Assembly: GCF_963921235.1 (NCBI RefSeq)
Contig: NC_086108.1
Span: 93,870,001-93,934,000, forward strand
Source of the DNA: Mobula hypostoma
Taxonomy: Eukaryota
Length of the DNA: 64,000 nucleotides
Direction of reading: 5' to 3'
The stretch's first letter is position 1. Every line of letters begins with the position of its first letter. A program made the translations under genes and the position numbers. Positions 26,625 to 40,140 of this stretch are shown in pieces. Below the pieces are notes generated by a model. That model made no database searches. It was not told where the DNA came from and saw only the letters and a program-made list of their open reading frames with translations.

Positions 26625-26841
26625 AGCATCTCCCCCCTCCCCCACCCCATCCCCTCTTCCCCTCTCCCCTTCCACTCTCCTCTTCCCCCTCTCTTCCCCT
26701 CTCCCTCTCCATCCCCACCCCTTCTCCCTTCCCTCCCCCTCGTCCCCAGTCCTCCTTCCTCATTCCTCCATTCCTCCTCTCTCCCTCCCTCTCCCCCCAA
26801 CCCATCTCCCTCCCAACTCCCTTCTCTCCCTCCCCCTCCCT
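26625..26841. repeat. Polypyrimidine/polypurine low-complexity tract
   Basis: About 215 bp of near-pure C/T on the + strand with many C3-C6 runs. Confidence 0.9.
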
Positions 26842-27088
26842 GGGCTGGGTTGTTTTGCATATGAATCTACATTAACTGCTATCCTTAACATAGCCAAAAC
26901 ATCCCAAAGCATTTTACAGCAGCATTATCAAACATGGATCTACAACACAACATGAAAGGAAAGTTAAATATTTAGCAATTTCAGAGACAGCATACTCTTG
27001 CAGCCCAACAAGCCCATGTTGCTCAATTACACCTATGTGACAAATTAACCTGGTAAACCACAGGTCTTTGGAATGTGGGAGGGGAGGA

Positions 27089-27895
27089 TGTTATGGTCCA
27101 GTCCGTGAAATCCACATTCCGGTTCATTGATCCTTATTCCGGGGTTTCCTATTTTCCCTTGTTCCATTGGGTGCCTTAATTGAAGCACCTGATTCTTGTT
27201 TTGGGCTGGCACATGAATACCTCTGCAAACCAAGGATTTCCTGCTGGACTGTTCCCTTCCCCTCCTCATCTGAATCCCTGACAGTTTCCTCAGCGGTCAT
27301 CCCAGCCCTGCGTCCTAGGAGGGTCCCGACCCCGCGTCCTCGAAAGGGTCCCGGCTCTGCGCTCCAAGGAGGAGTCCCCGCTCCGTACCCAAGAGCTTAA
27401 CCAAGCTGAGTCCAAGATCCAAGTCCTGCCCTGGAGTACCTTGCGCAGTCCAGGAGTCTCCCTCGCCCAACCCAAGCCACGTCGAAGAACCTCGTCTTGT
27501 CCAAGCCAAGGCTTTGTGTTCTCGTCCTGTCCATGTGCCTCGTCCTGTGCAGGAGTTCCATGTCCAGTCCTGTAGCCACGTCCAGTCATGTAGCCTAGCC
27601 ATGTCCAGTCCTCGCCTAGTTCCGGGGTCCAAGACCCAGGTTCTGGGTCCCTGTCCAGTCTCTGGCTCAGAGTCCTCGCCCAGCCTCCTAGTTCCAAGTT
27701 CCTTGTCCTGGTCCCACTTTCCTAGTCTTAGTCGTAGCCCAGGCCCAGTGTCCTTGTCTCGTCCAGGGCCTGTGGCCATGTCCAGCGTCGTTTCTTCCTG
27801 ACTCCCCTTGCTTTCTTGATAAACCTTGTCCTCTTCCTAGTACTTCAGTGCCTGTGTCTTGCATTTGAGTCCACTCCCAATGCCCCCTTATGACA
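27089..27895 (+). mobile_element. Solo LTR
   Basis: TG...CA termini (TGTTATGG...TATGACA); 5-bp TSD GAGGA; inserted in a SINE-like fragment. Confidence 0.85.
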
Positions 27896-29061
27896 GAGGA
27901 TACCAGAACGTCCAGAGGAAACCCTCGCCGTCACGAGGAGATCGTACAAGCTCCTTAGGGACACCAACAGGGATTGAACCCAGGTTACCAGGGCTGTATA
28001 GTGTTACACTACCATGCTGCCACTTCCTGTTTTGGTGTTAAGTACAACTCTGTTCTGCGCATATCAATTAATATATTTAAAAGGCACTTATTGCACGTTG
28101 AAAAGTGCAGTAGAAAATAGGTGCAGTTACATTGCGTGTGGGTGCAGTAACATGAACCTGCAGCATATTCTAGTCTGAGCCAATAAGACTTGTATCTTTC
28201 TGATGAAGTGCTCCAAGGAACAATAAACACTCTAGTACTATTTGCTGAGATCATCATTCCTGTGGTCTCCAGTTGTGACAGCATCGTACAAGATGAAGAC
28301 ATTATGCTCAAAGCACGGGCCGTGTACATAAGCCACAGTCAGTGAACAATCAACACCTCATTTCAGATAATGGTTCTACATCTTTTGTCTCTCGAAACAC
28401 ACAGTGAAATGCATCATTTGTGTTAACAACCAACACACACTTGGGTGTGTGCTGGGAGCAGCCTGCAAATGTCACCACACATTCCAGCATCAACATGGCA
28501 TTCCCACAATGCTTAGCACCAACATAGCATTCTCACAATGCTCAGCACCAACATATTATTCCCACAATGCTCGGCAGAACAACACAGAACACAACAAAAC
28601 AAGATGCGACAAGCAACAAAACAACAACAGCAAAGCAAGTCCTGTCCCACCCCATGTGCATACAGTCCTCCGACCCCAGGTTAGGCCATTTTTGGCCTCC
28701 AGCCTCAAGCGGACTTGGACTCGAATATTGGGCTTCGGCTTTCCCAGTGGACTCACAGAGATCTGCAACCTCAGAGACTCCAGCGATCAGACCTCAACTT
28801 CTGGTCTTCTGATTGACCTTCAGACCTTGATCCTCGGTATCGACTGCAGCACCCACCGATCACCGAATACTAGGCCTTGAATTCTGGACTCGCCAGTAAC
28901 AGGGCCTTGAACTCCAGTCTCATCGCTTCATGTACCCTGGAGGTAATCAGACTTCAACTTCTTTATGCATGTCCTTTACATTCTCTGATGCTTTGCACTC
29001 TTTGTAACCTTCTCTGCCTTCCACGTTACCTCAGACTTCCTCTATTATCCCTTTTCCATTC

Positions 29062-29635
29062 CAGACATCCCACCTCTCCCGGAAGTTCCCGGAGTCTCCC
29101 ACATATTAATAGTGGCTCCCTGATGCCCACAAATTATATACAATATCCCGGAAATCAATTTTTTTGAGAGCGAGTGAGCAAGAGAGCAGGAGAGCGAGAG
29201 AGAGAAAGAGAGAGCATTGAGAGAGTGACCGCGAGAGCGACCACGAAAGAGAGAGAGAGCGCGCAAGAGGGAGAGATCACGCCATGACAGAGTGTTCCAA
29301 AAAAAGAAAATATAAAACGTACATCACCCCAGACTACACTAAAGTGTACCCCTGCCTAATAGAGGTCAAAAATAATGACAGGGTTGCTCGCTGCACTGTT
29401 TGCAACAGTGACATTTCTATTGCCCATGGTGGGTTAAGACTGTAAGAGACATGATGAGGTGAGTTTAACAGGTGTCATTTGTTCATTAGCATAGCTAACA
29501 TTATTTAAACTAGCTGGCTAGCTGCTAAGGAGCTACTTGATTGCAAATATCCCACCTCTCCGGAAGTTCCAGGAGTCTCCTGCAAATTGATGGTGTTACC
29601 TCCCTGAAGTGAGTTTTTGCAGGGTGGGATGTCTG
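29062..29635. mobile_element. Non-autonomous DNA transposon with CAGACATCCCACC TIRs
   Basis: TIRs CAGACATCCCACC / GGTGGGATGTCTG; flanking CCATTC duplicated; BED-finger-like fragment (ARCTVCNSDISIAHGG). Confidence 0.8.
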
Positions 29636-30272
29636 CCATTCCTTTCCTCCATATCTTAAAAACTGCTTTATCTCCAACCTTTTCCAGTTCTGATGAAAGT
29701 TCTTCAATCTAAAACACCATCTTATTCACCCATTTCCAAGTCAAAGTATTTTTTTATCAAAGTACATACAGCACTGTGCTAAAGTCTTGGGGACATATGT
29801 ATATATAGCTGGTAAGACTTTTGAATAGTACTATATTTGTCAATATAGAGCAGAGAGTGAGTTTGTAAATGTGGTGGGAGAAAGGGATGTTGGGAACGGT
29901 GAGGGTGGAGTGCCACAGAAGGGGTGTGGAACAGGTGGCAGAGAAGGGGAAGGGGTTGGCACAGGTGCAGACACATCCAGCCCGAGACACCAGGCAAGGT
30001 CATTTGATTCCAAACAATTGGTTTATTGATTATTACAGAATGTCTCTCTGGTGCTTCCCACTCCCTCCCCTCTCCACTCCCCTTTTCCCAACTATGATTC
30101 CTCTCTCCCTGCTCTCTTCCCAGTCTCAGTCCACAATAGGGACCCATATCAGAATCAGGTTAATCATCACTCACGGAGTACTTGGAATTGTTTTTTACAG
30201 CAGCAGCACAGTACAGTGCAAAACATAAAATTACTACAGTACTGTGCAAAAGTCTTAGACACCCTAGCTATA

Positions 30273-31722
30273 GTCAAGTCAAGTCACTTTTTATTGTCAG
30301 TTCAACCATAACTGCTGGTACAGTACACAGTAAAAACAAGACAATGTTTTCCAGGACCATGGTGCTACATGAAACAATACAAAAACTACACTAGACTACA
30401 GACCTACCCAGGACTGCATAAAGTGCACAAAACAGTGCAGGCATTACAATAAATAATAAACAAGACAATAGGCACAGTAGAGGGCAGTAGGTTGGTGTCA
30501 GTCCAGGCTCTGGGTATTGAGGAGTCTGATGACTTGGGGGAAGAAGCTGTTACATAGTCTGGTCGTGAGAGCACAAATGCTTCGGTGCCTTTTGCCAGAT
30601 GGCAGGAAGGAGAAGAGTTTGTATGAGGGGTGCGTGGGGTCTTTCATAATGCCGTTTGCTTTACGGATGCAGCGTGTGGTGTAATTGTCTGTAATAGCGG
30701 GAAGAGAGACCCCGATGATCTTCTCAGCTGACCTCACTATCCACTGCAGGGTCTTGCGATCCGAGATGGTGCAATTTCCGAACCAGGCAGTGATGCAGCT
30801 GCTCAGGATGCTCTCAATACAACCTCTGTAGAATATGGTGAGGATGGGGGGTGGGTGATGGACTTTTCTCAGTCTTCGCAGAAAGTAGAGACGCTGCTGG
30901 GCTTCCTTTGCTATGGAGCTGGTGTTGAGGGACCAGGTGAGATTCTCCGCCAGGTGAACACCAAGAAATTTGGTACTTTTAACGATCTCTACGGAGGAGT
31001 CGTTGATGTTCAGCGGAGAGTGGTCGCTCCGTGTCCTCCTGAAGTCAACAAACATCTATTTTGTTTTGTTCACATTCAGAGACAGATTGTTGGCTCTGCA
31101 CCAGTCCGTTAGACGCTGCACCTCCTCTCTGTATGCTGACTCATCGTTCTTGCTGATGAGACCCACCACTGTCATGTCATTTGCAAACTTGTTGATGTGG
31201 TTCGAGCTGTGTATTCCAGCACAGTCGTGGGTCAGCAGAGTGAACAGCAGTGGACTGAGCACGCAGCCATGGGGGGCCCCCGTGCTCAGTGTGATGGTGT
31301 TGGAGATGCTGCTCCCGATCCGGACTGACCGAGGTCTCCCAGTCAGGAAGTCTAGGATCTAATTGCAGAGGGAGGTGTTCAGGCCCAGTCGGCCCAGCTT
31401 TCCAATCAGTTTCTGAGGAATGATTGCGTTGAATGCTGAACTAAAGTCTATGAACAGCATTCAAACGTATGTGTCTTTTTTGTCCAGGTGGGTGAGGGCC
31501 AAGTGGAGGGTGGTGGCGATGGCGTCGTCTGTTGAATGGTTGGGACAGTACGTGAGCTACAGGGGTCCAGTGAGGGGGGCAGCAGGGTCTTGATGTGTCT
31601 CATGACAAGCCTCTCGATACACTTCATTATGATGGATGTGAGTGCGACGGGACGGTAGTTGTTGAGGCAGGACACTGAATACTTCTTCGGCACGGGGATG
31701 ATGGTGGCGACCTTGAAGCACG
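30273..31722 (-). mobile_element. Rex1/Babar-type LINE, 5'-truncated
   Basis: [30 protein letters not shown] motifs; GACTT tail; sits inside a small CAGTACTGTGCAAAAGTC MITE. Confidence 0.85.
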
Positions 31723-32431
31723 TAGCCTTAGACTTTTGCACAGTACTCTATACTGTGCTACATATAATGCCTTGAGATTCATTTACAGGAGCATAAAGAA
31801 GCACAATAGAATTTATGAGAAGCTATACATAAACAAAGACTGACAAATTTCCATATATGCTACCAACATAGATACTGGACATTCCCATCAACCCCATACA
31901 CATATCTCCCCAAAGCCTATGGTTTCTCACACCTTGATTCAGGTTATGTGTGAAAGAATAGATTATGGCGAGACAAAGGATCCTTCCAGCAGCACCTATA
32001 CAATGAACAACTTATAGTTGTTTATTAACCTAACAAATGACACATCCCAGAGGTGTGGAAAGAAACTGGTGTACCTAGAAGAAAGCTGTGCAGTCGTAGG
32101 GAGAACTGCAGACTCCACACAGGCAATGCATACAGTCATTTTTCTATAATTCTCACATGTGTTTTGCTAAACAATTTCTTGAGCAATATATTGTTATCTT
32201 TTTTTAATCATTTAGCATGATCATGGATAAAGAAACATAATATTTATCTGCATGCAGTAACTAACCACCTGGTGTCAACAAATCAACTCAAAAAAAAACT
32301 TATTCTGGATGATTTTACCAAGGTTAATAAGAGTTATAGATTCACACAGCATGGAAACAGGCCTTTCAACCCAATCGGTCCATACCAAACAAGATTCCCA
32401 CCTAGTCTCGCTTCCCTGCGTGGAATTCTTT

Positions 32432-34620
32432 CCTTTACTCCCCTCCTTTACTCTGTTTCCCCATGACTGTGTCGCCACCCACAGCTCCAATCTGCTAATT
32501 AAATTTGCTGATGATACTACACTTATTGGACTAATCTCAAATAATAATGAGGCAGCCTACAGAGAAGAAGTGATGAAATGCTTTGAGAGGTTGGTCATGA
32601 CTAGACTGAACTCCTGCCTCAGCAAGGACTTGGACCCATTGTAAGTTGCCTATTCCCACAATAGGTCAATGGCAGATGTAATCTCAATGGCTCTCCACAC
32701 GGCTTTAGACCACCTAGACAACACAAACACCTACATCAGGATGCTGTTCATTGACTATAGCTCAGCACTTAATACCATCATTCCCACAGTCCTGATTGAG
32801 AAGTTGCAGAACCTGGGCCTCTGTACCTCCCTCTGCAATTGGATCCTCGACTTCCTAACCGGTAGACCACAATCTGTGTGGATTGGTGATAACATATCCT
32901 CTTCGCTGATGATCAACAATGGTGCACCTCAGGGGTGTGTGCTTAGCCCACTGCTCTACTCTTTATATACCCATGACTGTGTGACTAGGCATAGCTGAAA
33001 TACCATCTATAAATCTGCTGACGATACAACCACAGTTGGTAGAATCTCAGGCGGTGACAAGAGGGCATACAGGAGGAAGATATGCCGACTAGTGGAGTGG
33101 TGTCGCAGCAACAACCTGGCACTCAACGTCAGTAAGACAAAGGAGCTGATTGTGGACTTCAGGAAGGGTAAGATGAAGGAACACATACCAATCCTCATAG
33201 AAGGATCAGAAGTGGAGAGAATGAGCAGCTTCAAGTTCCTGGATCTAACCTGATCCCAACATATTGATGCAGTTATAAAGAAGGCAAGACAGTGGCTATA
33301 CTTTATTAGGAGTTTGAAGAAATTTGGCATGTCAACAAATACCCTCAAAAACTTCTATAGTTGTACTATGGAGAGCGTTCTGACAGGTTGCATCACTGTC
33401 TGGTATGGAGGGGCTACTGCACAGGACTGAAAGAAGCTGCAGAAGGTTGTAAATCTAGTCAGCTCCATCTTGGGTACTAGCCTACAAAGTACCCAGGATA
33501 TCTTTAGGGAGCGGTGTCTCAGAAAGGCAGTGTCCATTATTAAGGACCCCCAGCACACAGGGCATGCCCTTTTCTCACTGTTACCATCAGGTAGGAGGTA
33601 CAGAAGCCTGAAGGCACACACTCAGCGATTCAGGAACAGCTTCTTCCCCTCTGCCATCCGATTCCTAAATGGACATTGAATCTTTGGACACTACTTCATT
33701 TTTAAATATACAGTATCTGTGTTTTTGAATTTTTTTACATCTATTCAACATACGTAATATTTTTACTTATTTTTTTCTCTCTGCTAGATTATGTATTACT
33801 TTGAACTGCTGCTGGTAAGTTAACAAATTTCAAGTTGCATGCCGGTGATAATAAACCTGATTTTGATTCTGATTCTGACACAGTGGTGTCAAGAAAATAA
33901 CCTTTCCCTCAAAGTCGCAAAAACAAAGGAGCTGGTTGTGGACTGCAGGAGGAATGAAGACAGGCTAACCCCTATGGACATCAGTGGATCTGGGGTTGAG
34001 AGGGTGAACAGCTTTAAGTTCCTCTGCATACACATCACCGAGGATCTCACGTGGTCTGTACATAACGAATGTGTGGTGAAAAAGGCACAACAGTACCTTT
34101 TTCACCCTGGACGGTTGAGGAAGTTTGGTATGGCTCCCCAAATCCTAAGAAATTTCTACAAGGGCACAACTGGGAGCATCCTGACTGGCTGCATCACTGC
34201 CTGGTATGGGAACTGTACTTCCCTCAATCGCAGGGCTCTGCAGAGAGTGGTGCGGACAGCCCAGCGCATCTGTAGATGTGAACTTCCCACTATCCCGGAC
34301 ACTTACAAAGACAGGTGTGTAAAAAGGGCCCGAAGGATCATTGGAAACACAAGTCACCCTAACCACAAACTGTTCCAGCTGCTACCATTCGGGAAACAGT
34401 ACTGCAGCATAAAAGCCAGGACCAACAGGCTCCGGGACAGCTTCTTCCACCAGGCCATCAGACTGATTAATTCATGCTGATACAATTGTATTTCTATGTT
34501 ACATTGACTGTCCTGTTGTACATACTATTTATCATAAATTACTATAAATTGCACATTGCACACTTAGATGGAGACGTAATGTAAAGATTTTTACTCCTCA
34601 TGTATATGAAGGATGTAGGT
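32432..34620 (+). mobile_element. Two nested Rex1/Babar-type LINE RT fragments
   Basis: Outer copy (KFADDTT...EEV | TQWCQENNL...) interrupted by an inner copy ~32571-33877 ([22 protein letters not shown] tail); outer tail resumes at 37746 after the hAT. Confidence 0.85.
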
Positions 34621-37600
34621 CAGGGGTCGGCAACCTTTTTGCCTCTGTGGGCCGGATCGCATATTAATGAGCGGACGGTGGGCCAGATAATTGCCATAAA
34701 AAACTTGAAATATGGGAATTATCCATTTAAATACATTTAGTTATGTTTTGCCTTAAATTAATGAACAACACATGCTAGAAAATCATTTGTGCTTAACCAA
34801 GGATGCCAATTAGAAATCAAAGAACTCAATTTAGTTGCAATTTATTTCAATCAAGGCATCTTTTGAATCTATTAAAAGGACACAAGGAATCTTTAAAAAT
34901 AAAATGTATGAACATGATGCATTGAATGGTGGTAAATTAAGTATAATAAAAAAGAAAATTTTAATGCAAACAGTCCATACATCACTGTGAAACTTGATGT
35001 TGTTTGTTACTTGAAAGCTTCTCAATATTGGGTGTCAGACTCGTTGATGCCAAGAGCAAGACATTATCCAGATGGGCATCAGTCAATCTTGTTCTCAAAT
35101 GGTTCTTGGTGTGCTTCATTTTTGAAAATAATTGCTCACACAGATAAGTACTGCCAAACAATGAGGCCATCTTTTTTGCATGGTCCACTAAGTTAGGATA
35201 CTTCCCACTTGGATGAATATATTTTCTGTAGAAGTCAAGCACTGACACATCTTCAGAATGAAGTTTTGATCTCAATATGCCGTCACACTGCATCTCAATC
35301 AATTCCACTTGAAAAATTTCTGAAGCAGTGTCCACTTTTTGAGACAATACGTTTTGAGACTTCGTAGCGGGCACAGGTATTTCCTTCATTTTCACTGCTT
35401 TTCTTGGCAAAAAATGACGTAATGAATTAGTCCTTACTCTTAATAATTTCTCCTTTGGCTCCTCCTACTTCCTCCAAACTAAAGGTGTAGCTATGGGCAC
35501 CCGTATGGGTCCTAGCTATGCCTGTCTTTTTGTTGGCTTTGTGGAACAATCTATGTTCCAAACCTATTCTAGTATCTGTCCCCCACTTTTCCTTCGCTAC
35601 ATCGACGACTGCATTGGCGCTGCTTCCCGCACGCATGCTGAGCTCATTGACTTCATTAACTTTGCCTCCAACTTTCACCCCGCCCTCAAGTTTACCTGGT
35701 CCATTTCTGACACCTCCCTCCCCTTTCTAGATCTTTCTGTCTCTATCCCTGGAGACAGCTTAGCTACTGATATCTACTATAAGCCTACTGACTCTCACAG
35801 CTATCTGGACTATTCCTCGTCTCACCCTGTCTCTTGCAAAAATGCCACCGCTTTCTCGCAATTCCTCTGTCTCCGCCGCACCTGCTGTCAGGATGAGGCT
35901 TTTCATTCCAGGACGGGGGAGATGGCCTCCTTTTTTAAAGAAAGGGGCTTCCGTTCCTCCACTATCAACTCTGCTCTCAGACGCATCTCCCCCATTTCAC
36001 GCACATCTGCTCTCACTCCATCCTCCCATCACCCCACTAGGAATAGGGTTCCCCTGGTCCTCACCTACCACCCCACCAGCCTCCAGGTCCAACATATAAT
36101 TCTCTGTAACTTCCGCCACCTCCAACAGGATCCCACCACTAAGCACATCTTTCCCTCCCCCCACCTCTGCTTTCCGCAGGGATCACTCCCTACGCGACTC
36201 CCTTGTCCATTCGTTCCCCCCCCATCCCTCCCCACTGATCTCCCTCCTGGCACTTATCCGTGTAAGCGGAACAAGTGCTACAAATGCCCTTACACTTCCT
36301 CCCTTACACTTCCTCCCTTACCACCATTCAGGGCCCCAGACAGTCCTTCCAGGTGAGGCAACACTTCACCTGTGAGTCGACTGGGGTGATATACTGCGTC
36401 CGGTGCTCCCGATGTGGCCTTCTATATATTGGCGAGACCCGACGCAGACTGGGAGATCGTTTTGCTGAACACCTATGCTCTGTCCGCCAGAGAAAGCAGG
36501 ATCTCCCAGTGGCCACACATTTTAATTCCACATCCCATTTCCATTCTGATATGTCTATCCATGACCTCCTCTACTGTAAAGATGAAGCCACACTCAGGTT
36601 GGAGGAACAACACCTTATATTCCGTCTGGGTAGCCTCCAACCTGATGGCATGAACATTGACTTCTCTAACTTCTGCTAATGCCCCACCTCCCCCTTGTAC
36701 CCCAACTGTTATTTATTTATATACACACATTCTTTCTCTCTCTCTCCTTTTTCTCCCTCTGTCCCTCTGACTATACCCCTTGCCCATCCTCTGGGTTTTT
36801 TCCCCCCTCCCCCCTTGTCTTTCTTCCCGGACCTCCTGTCCCATGATCCTCTCATATCCCTTTTGCCAATCACCTGTCCAGCTCTTGGCTCCATCCCTCC
36901 CCCTCCTGTCTTCTCCTATCATTTCGGATCTCCCCCTCCCCCTCCCACTTTCAAATCTCTTACTAGCTCTTCCTTCAGTTAGTCCTGACGAAGGGTCTCG
37001 GCCCGAAACGTGGACTGCACCTCTTCCTAGAGATGCTGCCTGGCCTGCTGCGTTCACCAGCAACTTTGATGTGTGTTGTTTGTTTTCCGAAACTAGCCTT
37101 CATTTGCTCAACTTCATCTTTCCTTGCTTGCCCAGTAAACTTGTTAAAATTTCCACTATGGTGGGTCTCGTAATGTTGCCTGATATTTGCCACCTTCTTC
37201 ACAGCAATATTTTCTCTGCAAATGAGACAAACTGGTTTCACAGCTTGCTCAATGAAGTAATCTAGTGTCCAACTGTCTTGGAAATTTCAGCACTCAGCGT
37301 CTACCTTCCTGCGTTTTGCATTCATTGCCATTGGAATTTTTTTCTTTGATTTTATTTTGAAATGTGAGTTATTCAACAAGTATCGTAGCACATGTAAATA
37401 TCTGGATATTTAGCGCGGATTTCTTGTTAAAACACAGTGACACTGTTTCTGTTTACAAATTTGAACGATCCCATCTGAAAACCTGCGCATGCACGGAGAT
37501 TATCTAATACATATTAACAAGGTAGTCTGCCTTCCCGTCATTCGTATATACCAGTGTTTGGTTTGGAACAAAACAGAACCTGGGGCCAGTGTAACAAGAT

Positions 37601-37745
37601 GCCATGCGTGTCCATCAGTGTGGTCGTGTGAAATACTCAGAATAAGGGGAAAAAAATTGCTCACGAGCCAGATAAGCATAGTATCCCAATATTTGCTTGC
37701 GGGCCAGTCAAAATACCTTTGTGAGCAATAGATTGCCTACCCCTG
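34621..37745 (-). mobile_element. Internally deleted hAT transposon (GTF2IRD2/EPM2AIP1-type transposase)
   Basis: TIRs CAGGGGTCGGCAA / TTGCCTACCCCTG; 8-bp TSD ATGTAGGT / ATGTAAGT; N-terminal KPVCLIC...HYETHH and C-terminal FGSTYLCEQLFSKMK; catalytic core missing. Confidence 0.9.
35424..37078 (+). mobile_element. Penelope-like retroelement, 5'-truncated (RT + GIY-YIG + hammerhead-bearing 3' repeat)
   Basis: RT motifs MGTRMGPSYA and FLRYIDD; GIY-YIG GVIYCVRCSRCGLLYIGETRRRLGDRFAEH; frameshifted; hammerhead at 36981-37016 with a GTG triplet; inserted in a hAT element. Confidence 0.93.
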
Positions 37746-38644
37746 ATGTAAGTAATAAAGACAATTCAATTCAATTAGCTTAGATGGGTATCTTGTTCAG
37801 AGTCACTCTGAGACTGCCAATCCTATCTTTCCTTATCAACTTCCTCCATTCAAAGTTCAAAGTTCGAAGTAAATTTATTATCCAAGTAAAATGTATGTCA
37901 TTATATATAACCCTGAGATTTGTTTTCTTGCAGGCATTCACAATAAATCCATAACAGAATAAATGAAAAACCACACCAACTGGGCAAAAGACAACAAACT
38001 GTGCAAATACAAAAAGAAATAATAATAATAAATAAATAAACAATAAATATTGAGAACATGAGATGAAGAGTCTTTGAAAGTGAGTCTGTAGGTTGTGGGA
38101 ACAGTTCAGTGTTGGGGCAAGTGAAGCTGGTTCATGAACCAGAATCAGAATCAGGTTTAATATCACTGGCATATGCCAAGATAGTTGACTTATTTGTGCA
38201 TTAACTTCATCCTTATCAACTGTGGCTTCCTTTGATGGTCAGTAATTTGATGTTGCTTCAAAGGAACGCTTCCACAGCAGGACCAGAGATTAGTTATCAA
38301 GTTGGATTCCTGCCCACTTTCACTCCATTTTGCTCAAGTCAAGTCATTCAACTAACGATTAAACAAGGCAATATTTCTCTGAATCAGGGTGTAAAGCACA
38401 AAACACACATGTAACACACAATACCTTATGAGAGTACGAATAAAGTCTACTAATGAATTACTCATCAGTAAACAAAGTGCATAAATTAAATATTGTAAAG
38501 TACAGAACAGATTAATTGGTCACACTTTGAATGCAATGAGGCATCCCGTTCAGAAGCCTAATGGCCTGAGGGAAGAAACTGTTCCCATCCTGATTGTTCT
38601 TATTTTTATGCAATGGAGTCTCCCGCCTGAAGCTAGAAAGTCAA

Positions 38645-40140
38645 CGTCATAAGTGGGGGTGTTGGTGCGGACCCAAATGCAAGACACAGACACTGAAGTA
38701 CTAGGAACAGGACAGGACTAGAGACTAGAGTTATGGATGTGTCTGGATGCAGACTAGGAGCTGGGACAAGAACTCAGACTTGGGCTAGGACATTGGCTAA
38801 GCAAGTGAGACCAGGACTAGGAACTGCGAACTGGGAGCCTGGGCTTGGACTCCAAGCCAGAGACTGGACAAGGACCCAGAACCTAGGTCTTGACTCGAGC
38901 TCGGACCCCGGAACTAGGTGAGGATGACATGGCTTGGGTTCCTTGAGGTGAGGACATGACGAGGCTTGGGTTCGGACTCCAAGCCAAAGACTGGACAAGG
39001 ACCCAAAACCTGGGTCTTGACTCGGGCTCGAACTCCGGAACTAGGCGAAGACATGATGTGGTCTTAGGATTCAGGACTAGGCGAGGCTACAGGACTGGAC
39101 AAGAGACTCCTGGACAAGACGAGGGAACTCCAGTACAGGACGAAGCACATGGACAGGATGAGGCACATGGACAGGAAGAGAACACGAAGCCTTGAATTGG
39201 TACTCAGGAACAGCCAAGCCTTGGACTTGGAACAACAGGATCCTCGGAACCTTGGACTTGGGACGATAGGAACGCAGAACACAGAGCCGTGGTCTTGGGG
39301 AGGACAGGAACACAGGGCCTTGGTCTAGAGCATGGGAACACGGAGCCTTGGACTTGAGAGACGGGAACACAGGGACATGGAACACAGAGCCAGAACCCCT
39401 CCTTGGAAACAGGACGTAGGGCCAGGACTCATACAGAATGCTGAACACGATGAGACGGTTCCCAACACTAGGTAGCAGCAAACGGCCGGACCTACCTAGC
39501 AAAGGCGTGGACTCAGAGACAGTTTCCAACACTAGGTAGCGGCAAACGGCCAGACCTACCTAGCGAAGGTGTGGACACAGAGATGGCTCCCAACACTAGG
39601 TAGCGGCAAACGGCCAGACCTACCTAGCAAAGGCGCGGACACAGAGACAGTTCCCAACACTAGGTAGCAGTAAATGGCCAGACCTACCTAGTGAAGGCGT
39701 GGACACAGAGACAGTACCAACTCAATGATAGACAGTTCCTTATCCTGATACAGCAAGGCTCCAGTCTCGCTCTGGTGGTTGAACTTGACAAGGTTGCAGG
39801 CAAGGCTCCAGAAGGAAGGGGAAGGGAAAGGAACAGTCCAGCCTCAGGGTAACAGCAAAGATGGCCTGGCTTACCCAACAGAGGCAGGACAGGAAGGGAC
39901 AGATCCAACTGCAGGGTAACAGCAAAGACAGCCTGACTTACCCCACAGAGGCGAGGACAGGATACTGACGAAACGAACCAGCACCCACACTCGAACCCAG
40001 GGCCACTTATATTCCCAGCGCCAAGACAAGCATCAGGTACCTATGATTAAGCCCAACTGAAACAAGTAGTAGTAGTAGAAACAAGGTCCTCAGACCAGAC
40101 TGTAAACCGGAACACAGACCTCACGGACCAGACCAGGACA
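38645..40140 (-). mobile_element. Solo LTR related to 27089-27895, expanded by internal tandem repeats
   Basis: Homologous ends in opposite orientation; 5-bp TSD GTCAA (38640-38644 / 40141-40145); splits a Rex-type LINE fragment. Confidence 0.82.
39449..39715. repeat. 64-bp minisatellite x4 inside the solo LTR
   Basis: CCAACACTAGGTAG at 39462, 39526, 39590 and 39654; each unit contains CTAGGTAG...CTACCTAG. Confidence 0.9.

Noticed and set aside
26497..26955. Proline-rich 152-aa ORF
   Set aside because: Translation of a low-complexity C/T tract
28100..28350. Unique-looking open frames
   Set aside because: No recognisable homology or splice signals
35493..36679. Functional autonomous Penelope or group II intron/telomerase-like gene
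   Set aside because: 5'-truncated, frameshifted between RT and GIY-YIG, and the hammerhead triplet is mutated to GUG
34982..37330. Domesticated GTF2IRD2/ZBED-like host gene
   Set aside because: Has TIRs and a TSD, a stop and frameshifts, lacks the catalytic core and is split by a Penelope insertion
39449..39715. CRISPR-like array of palindromic repeats
   Set aside because: No unique spacers; whole 64-bp units repeat, inside a vertebrate solo LTR with no cas genes
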